DNA of 64,000 nucleotides from Escherichia coli (GTDB lineage Bacteria; Pseudomonadota; Gammaproteobacteria; Enterobacterales; Enterobacteriaceae): NCBI RefSeq assembly GCF_965641715.1, contig NZ_OZ282453.1; one strand, 5' to 3'. Shown piece by piece: positions 63,837 to 64,000 of this stretch (position 1 is its first letter; each line of letters starts with the position of its first letter). The notes under the pieces were generated by a model. It saw only the letters and a program-made list of their open reading frames with translations, ran no database searches and was not told where the DNA came from. The position numbers and the translations under genes were made by a program.

Positions 63837-64000
63837 ATGATGGATCTCGATAATATTCCCGATACGCAAACGGAAGCTGAAGAGCTGGAAGAAGTGGTGA
63901 TGGGGCTTATCATCAACTCCGGACAAGCGCGCAGCCTGGCGTATGCGGCACTGAAACAGGCGAAGCAGGGCGATTTTGCCGCAGCAAAAGCCATGATGGA
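63837..64000 (+). CDS. chbA: PTS chitobiose-specific EIIA component, 5' portion only; gene runs off the window end
   Basis: Reading frame starting MMDLDNIPDTQTEAEELEEVVMGLIINSGQARSLAY... continues to the window end. Confidence 0.8.
   Translation, partial: MMDLDNIPDTQTEAEELEEVVMGLIINSGQARSLAYAALKQAKQGDFAAAKAMM

Overview
This window is a syntenic stretch of an Escherichia coli K-12-type chromosome (the dmlA-leuE-yea-gapA-ydj-topB-gdhA-ynj-xthA-ast-spy-nadE-chb region), reverse-complemented relative to the usual map orientation. I recognised it from the translated ORFs and gene order; no database search was run. About 70 protein-coding genes are called. Where the ORF track gave an N-terminally extended product I trimmed to the internal start that gives the expected protein length. 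Coordinates read from the raw sequence (IS ends, terminators, repeats) may be off by 1-2 bp. I found no tRNA, rRNA, CRISPR array or prophage, and no convincing evidence of a previously undescribed system. Two lesions stand out against the intact gene order: (1) an IS186 element inserted in yeaR with a 10-bp target-site duplication, and (2) a frameshift splitting ydjZ at a GC-dinucleotide run. Beyond these, the window holds several poorly characterised but known modules: the ydjLKJIHG/ydjF/ydjE catabolic cluster, the ydjXYZ-ynjABCD operon with ynjE and ynjF, three GGDEF-family genes, and yeaGH. I also flag a few regulatory sites, terminators and REP-type repeats.
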